Source: Methanotrichaceae archaeon (GTDB taxonomy: Archaea > Halobacteriota > Methanosarcinia > Methanotrichales > Methanotrichaceae). From it: a stretch of 64,000 bases of DNA. This document shows positions 21,496-29,630 of this stretch, piece by piece (position 1 is the stretch's first letter; each line of letters starts with the position of its first letter). The notes under the pieces are model-generated. The model had not been told where the DNA came from and did no database searches. It saw nothing but the letters and a program-made list of their open reading frames with translations. Made by a program: the position numbers and the translations under genes. Where the stretch lies: the NCBI GenBank assembly GCA_963748825.1, contig CAVVKN010000009.1:247471-311470 (forward strand). Reading direction: 5' to 3'.

Positions 21496-21533
21496 CTCCG
21501 GGCTCTTAAGCCTGGAGTTAAATTTGTTTTTTT
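21496..21533 (+). terminator. 3' hairpin plus T-tract after copy 1 (equivalents at about 22721-22757 and 23813-23851)
   Basis: CTCCGGGCT-CTTA-AGCCTGGAG then TTTGTTTTTTT; similar hairpins follow copies 2 and 3. Confidence 0.65.
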
Positions 21534-21688
21534 GCTTCTTATTTGGACGGGCTTCCCATCGTATTATGCAGAAATCTCTATGCAAGAGATTCCTAAATCA
21601 TGGGATGCAGGTCACTTGCAATAGAAGAAAACAAGCAATAGAAGCACATATATTGGACGACAAAATTCTCTTTTTCATGCTCGATAGG

Positions 21689-21964
21689 TTTATATGCCAT
21701 TAACCTAATCAGAAATGTTGTGCCTGAAAAACACACTCAATGGAATCATAGGGTCAGGCGTCTCACGCCGAATAGGGTGGCATTTGACGCTTTCGGCCGA
21801 TGCTTTAGAGCAAAGCCGAACCAAGCGGTTTCATCTTTTCTGGTGGAACACTCCCGAATCTTCGATGAGGGATTCTGCTATCCAATCGGGGTGATGTACT
21901 GAAGGATCATTCGTTGCTGTCAAAGAGCAGCCTTCGATCCTCATGTAAAGGAGGTGGGAAAGAA
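21689..21964 (+). promoter_or_regulatory. TATA box plus structured three-stem 5' leader of array copy 2
   Basis: TTTATAT at 21689. Stems GTGCCTGA(21720)/TCAGGCGT(21754), TCACGCCGA(21763)/TCGGGGTGA(21886) and AGGATC(21903)/GATCCT(21936). RBS AGGAGGT. Confidence 0.7.
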
Positions 21965-22693
21965 ATGAGAAAGTTAATAGCTGTTTTGGTTATTATCGCC
22001 ATGGCCGTAGTAGGCATGGCCGGTGCAGCAAATTACATGTACGAAAAGGCATCGGTCAAGGGCGTTGGATACAAGAACGTAGAGATGATCATTTCCACCC
22101 AGTATGGCTTTATGGGCCAGAAGCTGGTAGAGAAAGAGTCCGGTTCCGGTAACGTCATCACCGAGAGGACTGAGCTTGAGGCTGAGAGGCAGCTCGATAG
22201 GCTCGGCAACTCACTTGGTGTCTGCGCGTGGCCAACCGGAAGTGTCCCAATGGACTACATCAACTTCACCAAGGAAGCTGAGTTCGAGTACATGCCCGTC
22301 TCTTACCAGACCGGCACCTACGACCAGAAGTGGGTTGAGAAGTTGTGCGTGCAGAACTACAGAATCGGCGCTGTGCTGACTGAGATGTACACCCATGCTG
22401 AGCACCTGCAGAAGACCACCGAGGTCAAGACCCGGGGATACGGCAATACTCTAGTTACTGCTTGCTGCACCGGTGTTCTCGAGGCTAACCTGAACAGCAA
22501 CGTCATCGGCGTTGCACACATCGGCTGGATCTCCAGGGACCCACTCGCTGAAAACAACCTCAAGGGCCGCCATGCTGAGTACGGCAGATCTGTCGAGGAC
22601 CTGACTGGCGTCTTCTCCATCGAGAAGTTCATCCAGCTCTGGGGCAACTCCACATGCGGCGCAATCAGCGTTGACTGGCTGCCCTGCGTGTAA
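21965..22693 (+). CDS. Secreted structural protein, copy 2 (probable major sheath protein)
   Basis: 242 aa with 3 substitutions relative to copy 1; start at MRKLIAV after GGAGGTGGGAAAGAA. Confidence 0.75.
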   Translation: MRKLIAVLVIIAMAVVGMAGAANYMYEKASVKGVGYKNVEMIISTQYGFMGQKLVEKESGSGNVITERTELEAERQLDRLGNSLGVCAWPTGSVPMDYINFTKEAEFEYMPVSYQTGTYDQKWVEKLCVQNYRIGAVLTEMYTHAEHLQKTTEVKTRGYGNTLVTACCTGVLEANLNSNVIGVAHIGWISRDPLAENNLKGRHAEYGRSVEDLTGVFSIEKFIQLWGNSTCGAISVDWLPCV

Positions 22694-22837
22694 ATAGAAA
22701 TCTGTAACAATCAAATCTGGCTCCGGGCTCTAAGCCCGGAGTTCAAAATATATTTTTAATCATCGTTTCTTAAAAACGGTATCAATTATATTTTTGATTT
22801 CGTCGCATTGCCAAAAAAGCAGCTCTCGCTCGATAAA

Positions 22838-23058
22838 TTTATATGCCATTAGCCTGATTAGTAGAATCGTGCCTGAGAGACGTTTTCAATTGCCCGATCA
22901 AAAACATGGGGCCAGGCGCCTCACGCCGTGGAGGATCGCACGCAATTGTTCCTTCAGATGCGATAACGCGGTCCGCAGTCCAATCGGGGTGATACATTAG
23001 GGATCATTCGTTGCTTTTAATGCAGCTCTCGATCCGGATGAAAAGAGGAGGGAAAGAA
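22838..23058 (+). promoter_or_regulatory. TATA box plus structured three-stem 5' leader of array copy 3
   Basis: TTTATAT at 22838. Stems GTGCCTG(22869)/CAGGCGC(22913), TCACGCCG(22921)/CGGGGTGA(22985) and GGATC(23001)/GATCC(23031). RBS GAGGAGG. Confidence 0.7.
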
Positions 23059-23787
23059 ATGAGAAAACTGATAGCTGTTTTGGTTATTATCGCCATGGCC
23101 GTAGTAGGCATGGCCGGTGCAGCAAATTACATGTACGAAAAGGCATCGATCAAGGGCGTTGGATACAAGAACGTAGAGATGATCATTTCCACCCAGTATG
23201 GCTTTATGGGCCAGAAGCTGGTAGAGAAAGAGTCCGGTTCCGGTAACGTCATCACCGAGAGGACTGAGCTTGAGGCTGAGAGGCAGCTCGATAGGCTCGG
23301 CAACTCACTTGGTGTCTGCGCGTGGCCAACCGGAAGTGTCCCCATGGACTACATCAACTTCACCAAGGAAGCTGAGTTCGAGTACATGCCCGTCTCTTAC
23401 CAGACCGGCACCTACGATCAGAAGTGGGTTGAGAAGTTGTGCGTGCAGAACTACAGAATCGGCGCTGTGCTGACTGAGATGTACACCCATGCTGAGCACC
23501 TCCAGAAGACCACCGAGGTCAAGACCCGGGGATACGGCAATACTCTAGTTACTGCTTGCTGTACCGGTGTTCTCGAGGCTAACCTGAACAGCAACGTCAT
23601 CGGTGTTGCACACATCGGCTGGATCTCCAGGGACCCACTCGCTGAAAACAACCTCAAGGGCCGCCATGCTGAGTACGGCAGATCTGTCGAGGACCTGACT
23701 GGCGTCTTCTCCATCGAGAAGTTCATCCAGCTCTGGGGCAACTCCACATGCGGCGCAATCAGCGTTGACTGGCTGCCCTGCGTGTAA
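23059..23787 (+). CDS. Secreted structural protein, copy 3 (probable major sheath protein)
   Basis: 242 aa; 1 substitution relative to copy 2 and 2 relative to copy 1. Confidence 0.75.
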   Translation: MRKLIAVLVIIAMAVVGMAGAANYMYEKASIKGVGYKNVEMIISTQYGFMGQKLVEKESGSGNVITERTELEAERQLDRLGNSLGVCAWPTGSVPMDYINFTKEAEFEYMPVSYQTGTYDQKWVEKLCVQNYRIGAVLTEMYTHAEHLQKTTEVKTRGYGNTLVTACCTGVLEANLNSNVIGVAHIGWISRDPLAENNLKGRHAEYGRSVEDLTGVFSIEKFIQLWGNSTCGAISVDWLPCV

Positions 23788-23906
23788 ATAGAAATCTGTA
23801 ACATTAATCAGGCTTCGGGCTGCAAAGCCCGGAGTTCATATTATTCTTTTTAATTATCTTTCTATATTCTTGATTTCGTCGCGTTGCCAAAAAGCAGCTC
23901 TCGCCC

Positions 23907-24352
23907 AAGGGCGTAGGATACTGATCATTTTCACCCAGACCGGCTTTAACGACCAGACGTGGGTAAGAGAAACTGTGCGCGCAGAACTACAGGATCAACG
24001 CTGTGTTGACTGAGGTGTTCACCCATGCCGCGCTATCTGCAAAAGACCACCGAGGTCAAGACCAGAGGCCATAGCACTGCATGGAACCATGAAATCAGCA
24101 GACCGACGCGCAATGGGCGCCTCCGCTGCACAGGTGTTCTTGAAGCGATCCGGAACAGCAGCGTCATCGCTTTGCCCACATCGTTTGGATCTCTCGCGAC
24201 CACAATGCTGACCTATAGCTGAAAGGCCGTCATACTGAGTGCGGCAGATCTGTCGAGGACCTGACTGCCGTCTTCTCCATCGAGAAGTCATCTGGCTCTG
24301 GGGCAACTCCACATGCGGCGCCGTCAGCGTTGACTGGCTGCCTTGCCTGTAA
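23907..24352 (+). pseudogene. Promoterless, multiply deleted relic of the same secreted-protein family
   Basis: Recognisable blocks AAGGGCGTAGGATA, CAGAACTACAG, AAGACCACCGAGGTCAAGACC, GGCAGATCTGTCGAGGACCTGACTG and GCTCTGGGGCAACTCCACATGCGGCG are joined by deletions and frameshifts. Confidence 0.9.
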
Positions 24353-24606
24353 ATGGATCAATTATAAATTTTTTAGGTATATCGCGTCGGATTTTCTTTC
24401 CTGGATGCAAAATCCGGCCGAAAGTAAGATACTTATGTGCCGTCGTGAGCGCGGATCGACTTTTTCCCGTGCAAATAACAGATAGATTTATATCAAATAA
24501 AAACGCCAGAGTATCACTGTAGTTTAAAGATCGCACATAAAGCGATAAAGCATCTACACAAAAGGGATAAGAAATTTGTTGCATTAACATCGGGGGTGAA
24601 TGTAGC

Positions 24607-25401
24607 ATGAAGGGAGTAGTAGGAATAGTTGTACTTGCAATTGCCCTTATGGGGCTATGTGGTACTGTGATGGCCAATCCGCCCATAGTTCCACCCGTAC
24701 AGTATGAGCAATTTTGTGAAAATCATAAGGTATCCGGAACGGGAATTATCGATGTCAGCACATCGGTAATCGACAAAAAAATAGCACTCGAGTATTTCAA
24801 CACCATGAATGGCGACGGAGATCTCGAGTTGGACCAGGAGACCGCATATTCACAGGATGCCGACAAGCTGAAGAGGAATGTATCCTCAGTCAATGGTGGA
24901 AATGAATCCGGTCTAAATCTCATCCAGTCCACTAAGCTGACCTATGCTGGCGAGACGCCCTTGACCGGCGGCAAGCTCCTCAACTCCAAGGCCTTCTATG
25001 GAGGCATGGGTGCCAATGTGCAGGAGCTTTTCTCAGTAAATGAGATGGAACAGGATCAGACCGCGTTCTTTGCCTCAACCACGCCCTATGAGTCAGACTA
25101 CGGCGCACCGGAGAATCTGCCCAACTTGCTCAAGAATGCCGGCAGAGACACCGATACAGTCGAGAAGCTCATGACGGCTAAAAATGGTGTATATGTTCCG
25201 TCCCATCTGATTGGTCTCGAGACCAAGAACTCCTTCAATGGTACCTGGGGCACGGACGCAACCTGGCATAAGATATTCTACAAGGACATAAAGGCCCACG
25301 AGATGTTCACAGGTGTGTTCGAAGCCGAGAAGACCATTAAGTTCCATGAGAACCCGGTGCCTGATAGAATCCGTGCGCCGTGCGAAGGCATAGACTGCTA
25401 G
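24607..25401 (+). CDS. Secreted protein, distant homologue of the array protein (putative minor sheath component)
   Basis: Signal peptide and GGGGGTGA RBS. Shares the E..(V/I).G.G N-terminal motif and the E..TGVF..EK.I C-terminal motif, with terminal cysteines (APCEGIDC). Confidence 0.7.
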   Translation: MKGVVGIVVLAIALMGLCGTVMANPPIVPPVQYEQFCENHKVSGTGIIDVSTSVIDKKIALEYFNTMNGDGDLELDQETAYSQDADKLKRNVSSVNGGNESGLNLIQSTKLTYAGETPLTGGKLLNSKAFYGGMGANVQELFSVNEMEQDQTAFFASTTPYESDYGAPENLPNLLKNAGRDTDTVEKLMTAKNGVYVPSHLIGLETKNSFNGTWGTDATWHKIFYKDIKAHEMFTGVFEAEKTIKFHENPVPDRIRAPCEGIDC

Positions 25402-25461
25402 GCCGAGAAAGCCTGCAGTTTTTTCTATTTTTTTTTAAAAGCTTTATGTTGGGGGGTTAGC

Positions 25462-26640
25462 ATGAAAAGACAAATGATTTGGATAATGATAATATTCATC
25501 CTGACGGCAGCCCCGGTAGCGGCAACGGTTGAGGACTCGGGCATGGCTCCTGGTGATGTTTCGAGCAGCCTCGGGACTGGTTTCACATCGCCAACTTTGC
25601 CTGCATTTCTGCCCAGCCCCTGTTCCGGTGATTCCGGTAGCCTCACCGTGAGCGTCGGCCTTACCGGGCCAGAGTCAGAGCCGGATAAATTGTATACAAC
25701 CCCAGGCAAACCACTGGACTTCATGGTCACGGTAAGTAACGATGGTAGAACGGAGGTGGAGGCACAGGTCGGCGTCAAGCCGGAGGGCTGTCCTTTTGTT
25801 TGGTTTAGCTGGACGACCACTCCCATGACCATTCCGGCAGGAGTCTCTCGCTCGGTGGCCCTGCAAGTTTTTCCGGATACAAACGCAGTAGCCGGAGAGT
25901 ACAGATTCGCGGTGGAGGCCTCGGCCAAATGCCGTAGCTCTGGGCAAAGAGATGCGAAATTCAAGGTGCAAGCATTCGACTACGCCTCAGAGACCACTGT
26001 CGCCGGCACGGGCCAGTTTCAGATGAATAAAGACCTCAGATCCATGAACTCCGGTATCAAATCCACCAAAAACGTGCTGTTTTCCGGCAGCGTGGATGCC
26101 CTGGTGAAGAACGAATACCTGGTGGACGCTGCAAAGGGCAAGAATGCCAACTTCCAGGAACAGGATGCAGTTGACAACTACAATGCCGTCTCTCTTGGGG
26201 ATGCGCTTGTAGGAACAGAGAGCTTCAAGAGTTCAGCGATCTTCGGAGGAGTGGGTGCCAAAGTCAAAGAGAGCTACGATGTGCAGCAGATGGAGTTCAA
26301 GAACCAGGATTTCACACTGCATCAGACGGGATCTCTAAAGAAGACGGCAGAGTTCAAGACGATGGACAACTTCACTGGATATTACCTGATAGATGCTAAG
26401 CAGGTAATTCCCGGTCAGAAGAATCTGAAGGAGTTTGAGGAGTATTTCGGATCATTTGAGATCAATAGGAGAATACTCTTCCGGGATGACACAAAATCCA
26501 GGACGCCATGCCAGGAAGGAGACTGTCTGAAAGCGCCAAGCATTAAGACACCAACACCAATCAGTCCCAGCTTTACCAGCCCCTGCTTAAGCGGCTCATG
26601 CAACGACTTCGTGAACCGACTGAATTCATTCGGCAAGTGA
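25462..26640 (+). CDS. Secreted protein: N-terminal Ig-like domain plus array-type domain and Cys-rich tail
   Basis: Signal peptide; PG....F.VTVSN.G....V.L.V.P....AGEY.F.V Ig-like pattern; then SETTVAGTG...EEYFGSFEINRRI and PC...C...PC...C. Confidence 0.7.
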   Translation: MKRQMIWIMIIFILTAAPVAATVEDSGMAPGDVSSSLGTGFTSPTLPAFLPSPCSGDSGSLTVSVGLTGPESEPDKLYTTPGKPLDFMVTVSNDGRTEVEAQVGVKPEGCPFVWFSWTTTPMTIPAGVSRSVALQVFPDTNAVAGEYRFAVEASAKCRSSGQRDAKFKVQAFDYASETTVAGTGQFQMNKDLRSMNSGIKSTKNVLFSGSVDALVKNEYLVDAAKGKNANFQEQDAVDNYNAVSLGDALVGTESFKSSAIFGGVGAKVKESYDVQQMEFKNQDFTLHQTGSLKKTAEFKTMDNFTGYYLIDAKQVIPGQKNLKEFEEYFGSFEINRRILFRDDTKSRTPCQEGDCLKAPSIKTPTPISPSFTSPCLSGSCNDFVNRLNSFGK

Positions 26641-26808
26641 GCATGGGCGTTCCTTTTTTTTATTTTCCACGGATTTAGGCGGCCAAAACATTAAAATAGC
26701 CTCCAGAGAACCTGTACCAGGGTGCTAGGGTATCAGGAGAGTGAAAGCCTGGGATTTTTTAAATGTGCCCGATTCAGGGACAAACCAGGCTAGAGGAGGT
26801 AGTGTGGA

Positions 26809-27522
26809 TTGAAGAGAGAATTGATCGTTTTAGCGGTTATCGCCATGGCATTAGTTGGCATGGCTGGGGCTGCCAATTACATGTACGAGAAATCGTCTGT
26901 AAAAGGAGTGGGGTATCGAAGCCTGGAGATTGTCATCTCCACACAAAACGGCTTTAATGGGCAAAAGCTGGTGGAGAAACAGTCCGGCTCAGGAAATGTA
27001 ATCACTTCCAGAATTGAGCTTGAAGCCGAGAGGCAACCTACGGACCTGAGTTGTCCCTGGCCGACCGGGACAAATCCCATGGACTACATCAACTTCACCT
27101 CGGAGCAGGAGCTGGAGTACATGCCTGTCTCATATCAGACCGGCACTTATGACCAGAAATGGGTAGACAAGCTCTGCGTGCAGAACTACAAGATAGGCGC
27201 TGTGCTCACTGAGATGTATACCCATGCTGAGCACCTGCAGAAGACCACCGAGGTCAAGACCAGGGGATACAACAACCAATCTGTTACCCCATGTTGCACA
27301 GGCGTTCTCGAAGCCAACCTGAACAGCAACGTCATCGGCGTTGCACACATCGGCTGGATCTCCCGTGACCCAAAGGCTGATAACAACCTCAAGGGCCGCC
27401 ATGCTGAGTACGGCAGATCTGTCGAGGACCTGACTGGCGTCTTCTCCATCGAGAAGTTCATCCAGCTCTGGGGCAACTCCACATGCGGCGCAATCAGCGT
27501 TGATTGGCTGCCCTGCGTGTAA
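26809..27522 (+). CDS. Secreted structural protein, diverged copy 4 (probable sheath protein paralogue)
   Basis: 237 aa with TTG start after GAGGAGGT. C-terminal third is nearly identical to copies 1-3, but two loops differ. Confidence 0.75.
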   Translation: MKRELIVLAVIAMALVGMAGAANYMYEKSSVKGVGYRSLEIVISTQNGFNGQKLVEKQSGSGNVITSRIELEAERQPTDLSCPWPTGTNPMDYINFTSEQELEYMPVSYQTGTYDQKWVDKLCVQNYKIGAVLTEMYTHAEHLQKTTEVKTRGYNNQSVTPCCTGVLEANLNSNVIGVAHIGWISRDPKADNNLKGRHAEYGRSVEDLTGVFSIEKFIQLWGNSTCGAISVDWLPCV

Positions 27523-27772
27523 GCCTTAATTGAAAAAAATAGCGCCGCCGCATAATTCGGCGCTTATTTCCTTTTTTATAGAGCAGTTTAGGATGGCATC
27601 TCGAAAACTGCATCAATCGGGTACTTACAGGACAGCCTGCCGGGAAGCTAGCTAGTATTTAAAGGGAGAGGTAGATATAACAAAGAGACCATTCCTCTTG
27701 AGACGGTGTCTGATTAGATCCGGCAGAGATGAGACATACATTGGATTAATGATTCAAAGAAGGTGAATTTAA

Positions 27773-27925
27773 ATGAGCAAGAAAAAAGGTGCTAAAGGAA
27801 TGCCCAACGACGGGCCAGGCAAGCATGATCCCTCTAAACCACAGAAGAATAAGTCAGACGCGCCACTATTTAATAAAATGAAGGGCGGAATAACGAATGA
27901 GCGACCTCGAAAAACTCGGATCTGA
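27773..27925 (+). CDS. Putative 50-aa Lys/Pro/Gly-rich basic small protein
   Basis: AAGGTGA RBS 6 nt before the ATG; MSKKKGAKGMPNDGPGKHDPSKPQKNKSDAPLFNKMKGGITNERPRKTRI. Below the ORF-track cutoff. Confidence 0.5.
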   Translation: MSKKKGAKGMPNDGPGKHDPSKPQKNKSDAPLFNKMKGGITNERPRKTRI

Positions 27926-28129
27926 GGAGCTGTGTGGATAACCGTCAATGAAATGATTGGGTATAATTCCCATCATTACCTTTTGACCGGTCCTCGCTCT
28001 GAGTGCTGCCCGGGCGCGCGGCCCGGCCGGCGTGCTCGCGTGCGGGGGGGGCGAGAGGCCAGGTGTGACGGTGTTTCGGCTGGATAGGTCAGCAGACGGG
28101 GCTTTCAGTCTGCTGATAATGTTATGCAC

Positions 28130-29248
28130 TTAATCCTGGTGCCCGTTATTCAGCAAGAGCAGGCTTATGAACATCCCGGAAAAGATGGTCTGAATTCCCA
28201 GGATGGAAAAGATCATGGCCATCATGGCGCTGGAAGCTGCGTCTAATGCCCCGAAGCCCGAGGCCCCCCAACTCAGCATGACTTTCAGGCCGAGAAGGAC
28301 GCCTGCAGCAAGCAAAACCATGCCGATGAAAAGCTCCTTTTCCAAGGAGTGGTAACTGATCATCCATTTTATTCTGCCCGGGCGAGAGAGGCCATAGGAT
28401 GCCCCGAAGGCCTCAAAATAGAGTCCCGCCAAGAACATTTGATAGCCTATGATGAGCAGCAGGCCGCCCAGGATCAGGGAATGCATCCTTGATCCTCCCT
28501 GCAGATACACTCCCCCAGATAGAGCCAGCCCAAAAACAAGGGCTAAAAGTCCGGGAACGAGAAGAAACGGCACAGGCCGATAGAGCATCATGAAACGCAC
28601 ATGTCTCCAGCCATCGGTAAAGGAGTGCAACTTGGAGAGTCCTTTGCGAGGGGAGTAGGTGATGGGAACCTCTGCAATTCTCAGATCTTTGCAGACAGCC
28701 TCAATGAGCATCTCGGAGGCGAACTCCATTCCTCCCGACCTGAGATTCAGTTTTTTTAGGGCATCTTTGCTAATGGCACGAAGGCCACAGTGGGCATCAG
28801 AAATGCGGCTGGAAAATAGTGTGTTCAAAATCCAGGTGAGAACTGGATTTCCAATATAACGATGAAGGGCAGGCATGGCCCCGGGAAGGATCACTCCATT
28901 GAGCCGCGACCCCATAACCATGTCATAATTGCCGCTTTGCAGTATGGCGATCATATCTTGAATGGCTTTGGGATCATAGGTCAGATCACCGTCCATGAGA
29001 ACAATGTAGTCCCCTTCCGCCTGCTCGAAGCCGGCCAAGTAGGCATTTCCGTATCCCAGCTTTTGGGGCTTGATAACCTTTGCCCCGCATGAATTAGCAA
29101 TTGCAGCCGTCTCGTCGCTCGAGCTGTCTGCCACCAGGATCTCTCCCGCCAGGTCCATTTCTGCGAAGACCTGTTGGGCTCTTTGAATGCATTCGCAGAT
29201 GGTCTCTGCTTCGTTTCTGGTGGGGATGATGAGGCTTACTTTGGGCAC
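28130..29248 (-). CDS. GT2 family glycosyltransferase (polyprenol-phosphate sugar transferase-like) with C-terminal TM helices
   Basis: SLIIP.RNE, DSSSDET, GYGNA, MDGDLTY, GSR and DAHCGLRA motifs, plus about four TM segments. Confidence 0.9.
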   Translation of the reverse strand: MPKVSLIIPTRNEAETICECIQRAQQVFAEMDLAGEILVADSSSDETAAIANSCGAKVIKPQKLGYGNAYLAGFEQAEGDYIVLMDGDLTYDPKAIQDMIAILQSGNYDMVMGSRLNGVILPGAMPALHRYIGNPVLTWILNTLFSSRISDAHCGLRAISKDALKKLNLRSGGMEFASEMLIEAVCKDLRIAEVPITYSPRKGLSKLHSFTDGWRHVRFMMLYRPVPFLLVPGLLALVFGLALSGGVYLQGGSRMHSLILGGLLLIIGYQMFLAGLYFEAFGASYGLSRPGRIKWMISYHSLEKELFIGMVLLAAGVLLGLKVMLSWGASGFGALDAASSAMMAMIFSILGIQTIFSGMFISLLLLNNGHQD

Positions 29249-29292
29249 ATCCCTTAGCGTTGAAGTTCTATCTGTTAAGCCTTTCCTTCAAT

Positions 29293-29529
29293 TCAAAGGG
29301 TCTCCGGCTCGACCTCGTGCTTGAAAGACAGCCTGACCTTGGCCCGGAACTGCACTATCTTGCCCTCGACAAGCTTTGTGTCCATCTCTACAACCTCGGC
29401 GATTCTCATGTTTGTCAGCTTCCCGTCTGCCCTGTCTATGGCATTGCTGACCGCCTCTTCCCAGCCTTTGCTTGAGGTTCCCACCAACTCGATGAAATTA
29501 TAGACGCTGCTGCCAATTGCGCTGTCCAT
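29293..29529 (-). CDS. Dodecin family flavin-binding protein
   Basis: VY..IELVGTS..GWEEA..NAI..A...L.N.R..EV.E...FRAKV.LSF pattern. Confidence 0.88.
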   Translation of the reverse strand: MDSAIGSSVYNFIELVGTSSKGWEEAVSNAIDRADGKLTNMRIAEVVEMDTKLVEGKIVQFRAKVRLSFKHEVEPETL

Positions 29530-29630
29530 ATTTTATAATGGTCGTTTCTCCTTGATATAATTTTTCAGGATCGACCATTTGCTTTAAACAGCATATGGTC
29601 ATTGATCCGTCGCTAAAGAGGTAGCAACTG

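Noticed and set aside
21914-23058. Upstream TTG extensions of array copies 2 and 3 given in the ORF track (21914, 23011)
   Set aside because: The RBS and signal peptide place the start at MRKLIAV in all copies; the extensions fall inside leader stem P3.
20740-24352. Diversity-generating retroelement (template/variable repeat pair)
   Set aside because: No reverse transcriptase in the window, and differences between copies are not adenine-specific.
20076-27560. Array next to tRNA genes as an integrated genomic island
   Set aside because: I saw no integrase or duplicated tRNA 3' end (att site), and the codon usage resembles highly expressed native genes such as the cdh operon.
27866-28129. 87-aa minus-strand ORF after the GT2 gene
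   Set aside because: Its composition reflects the GC-rich patch and hairpin, with no protein-like features.
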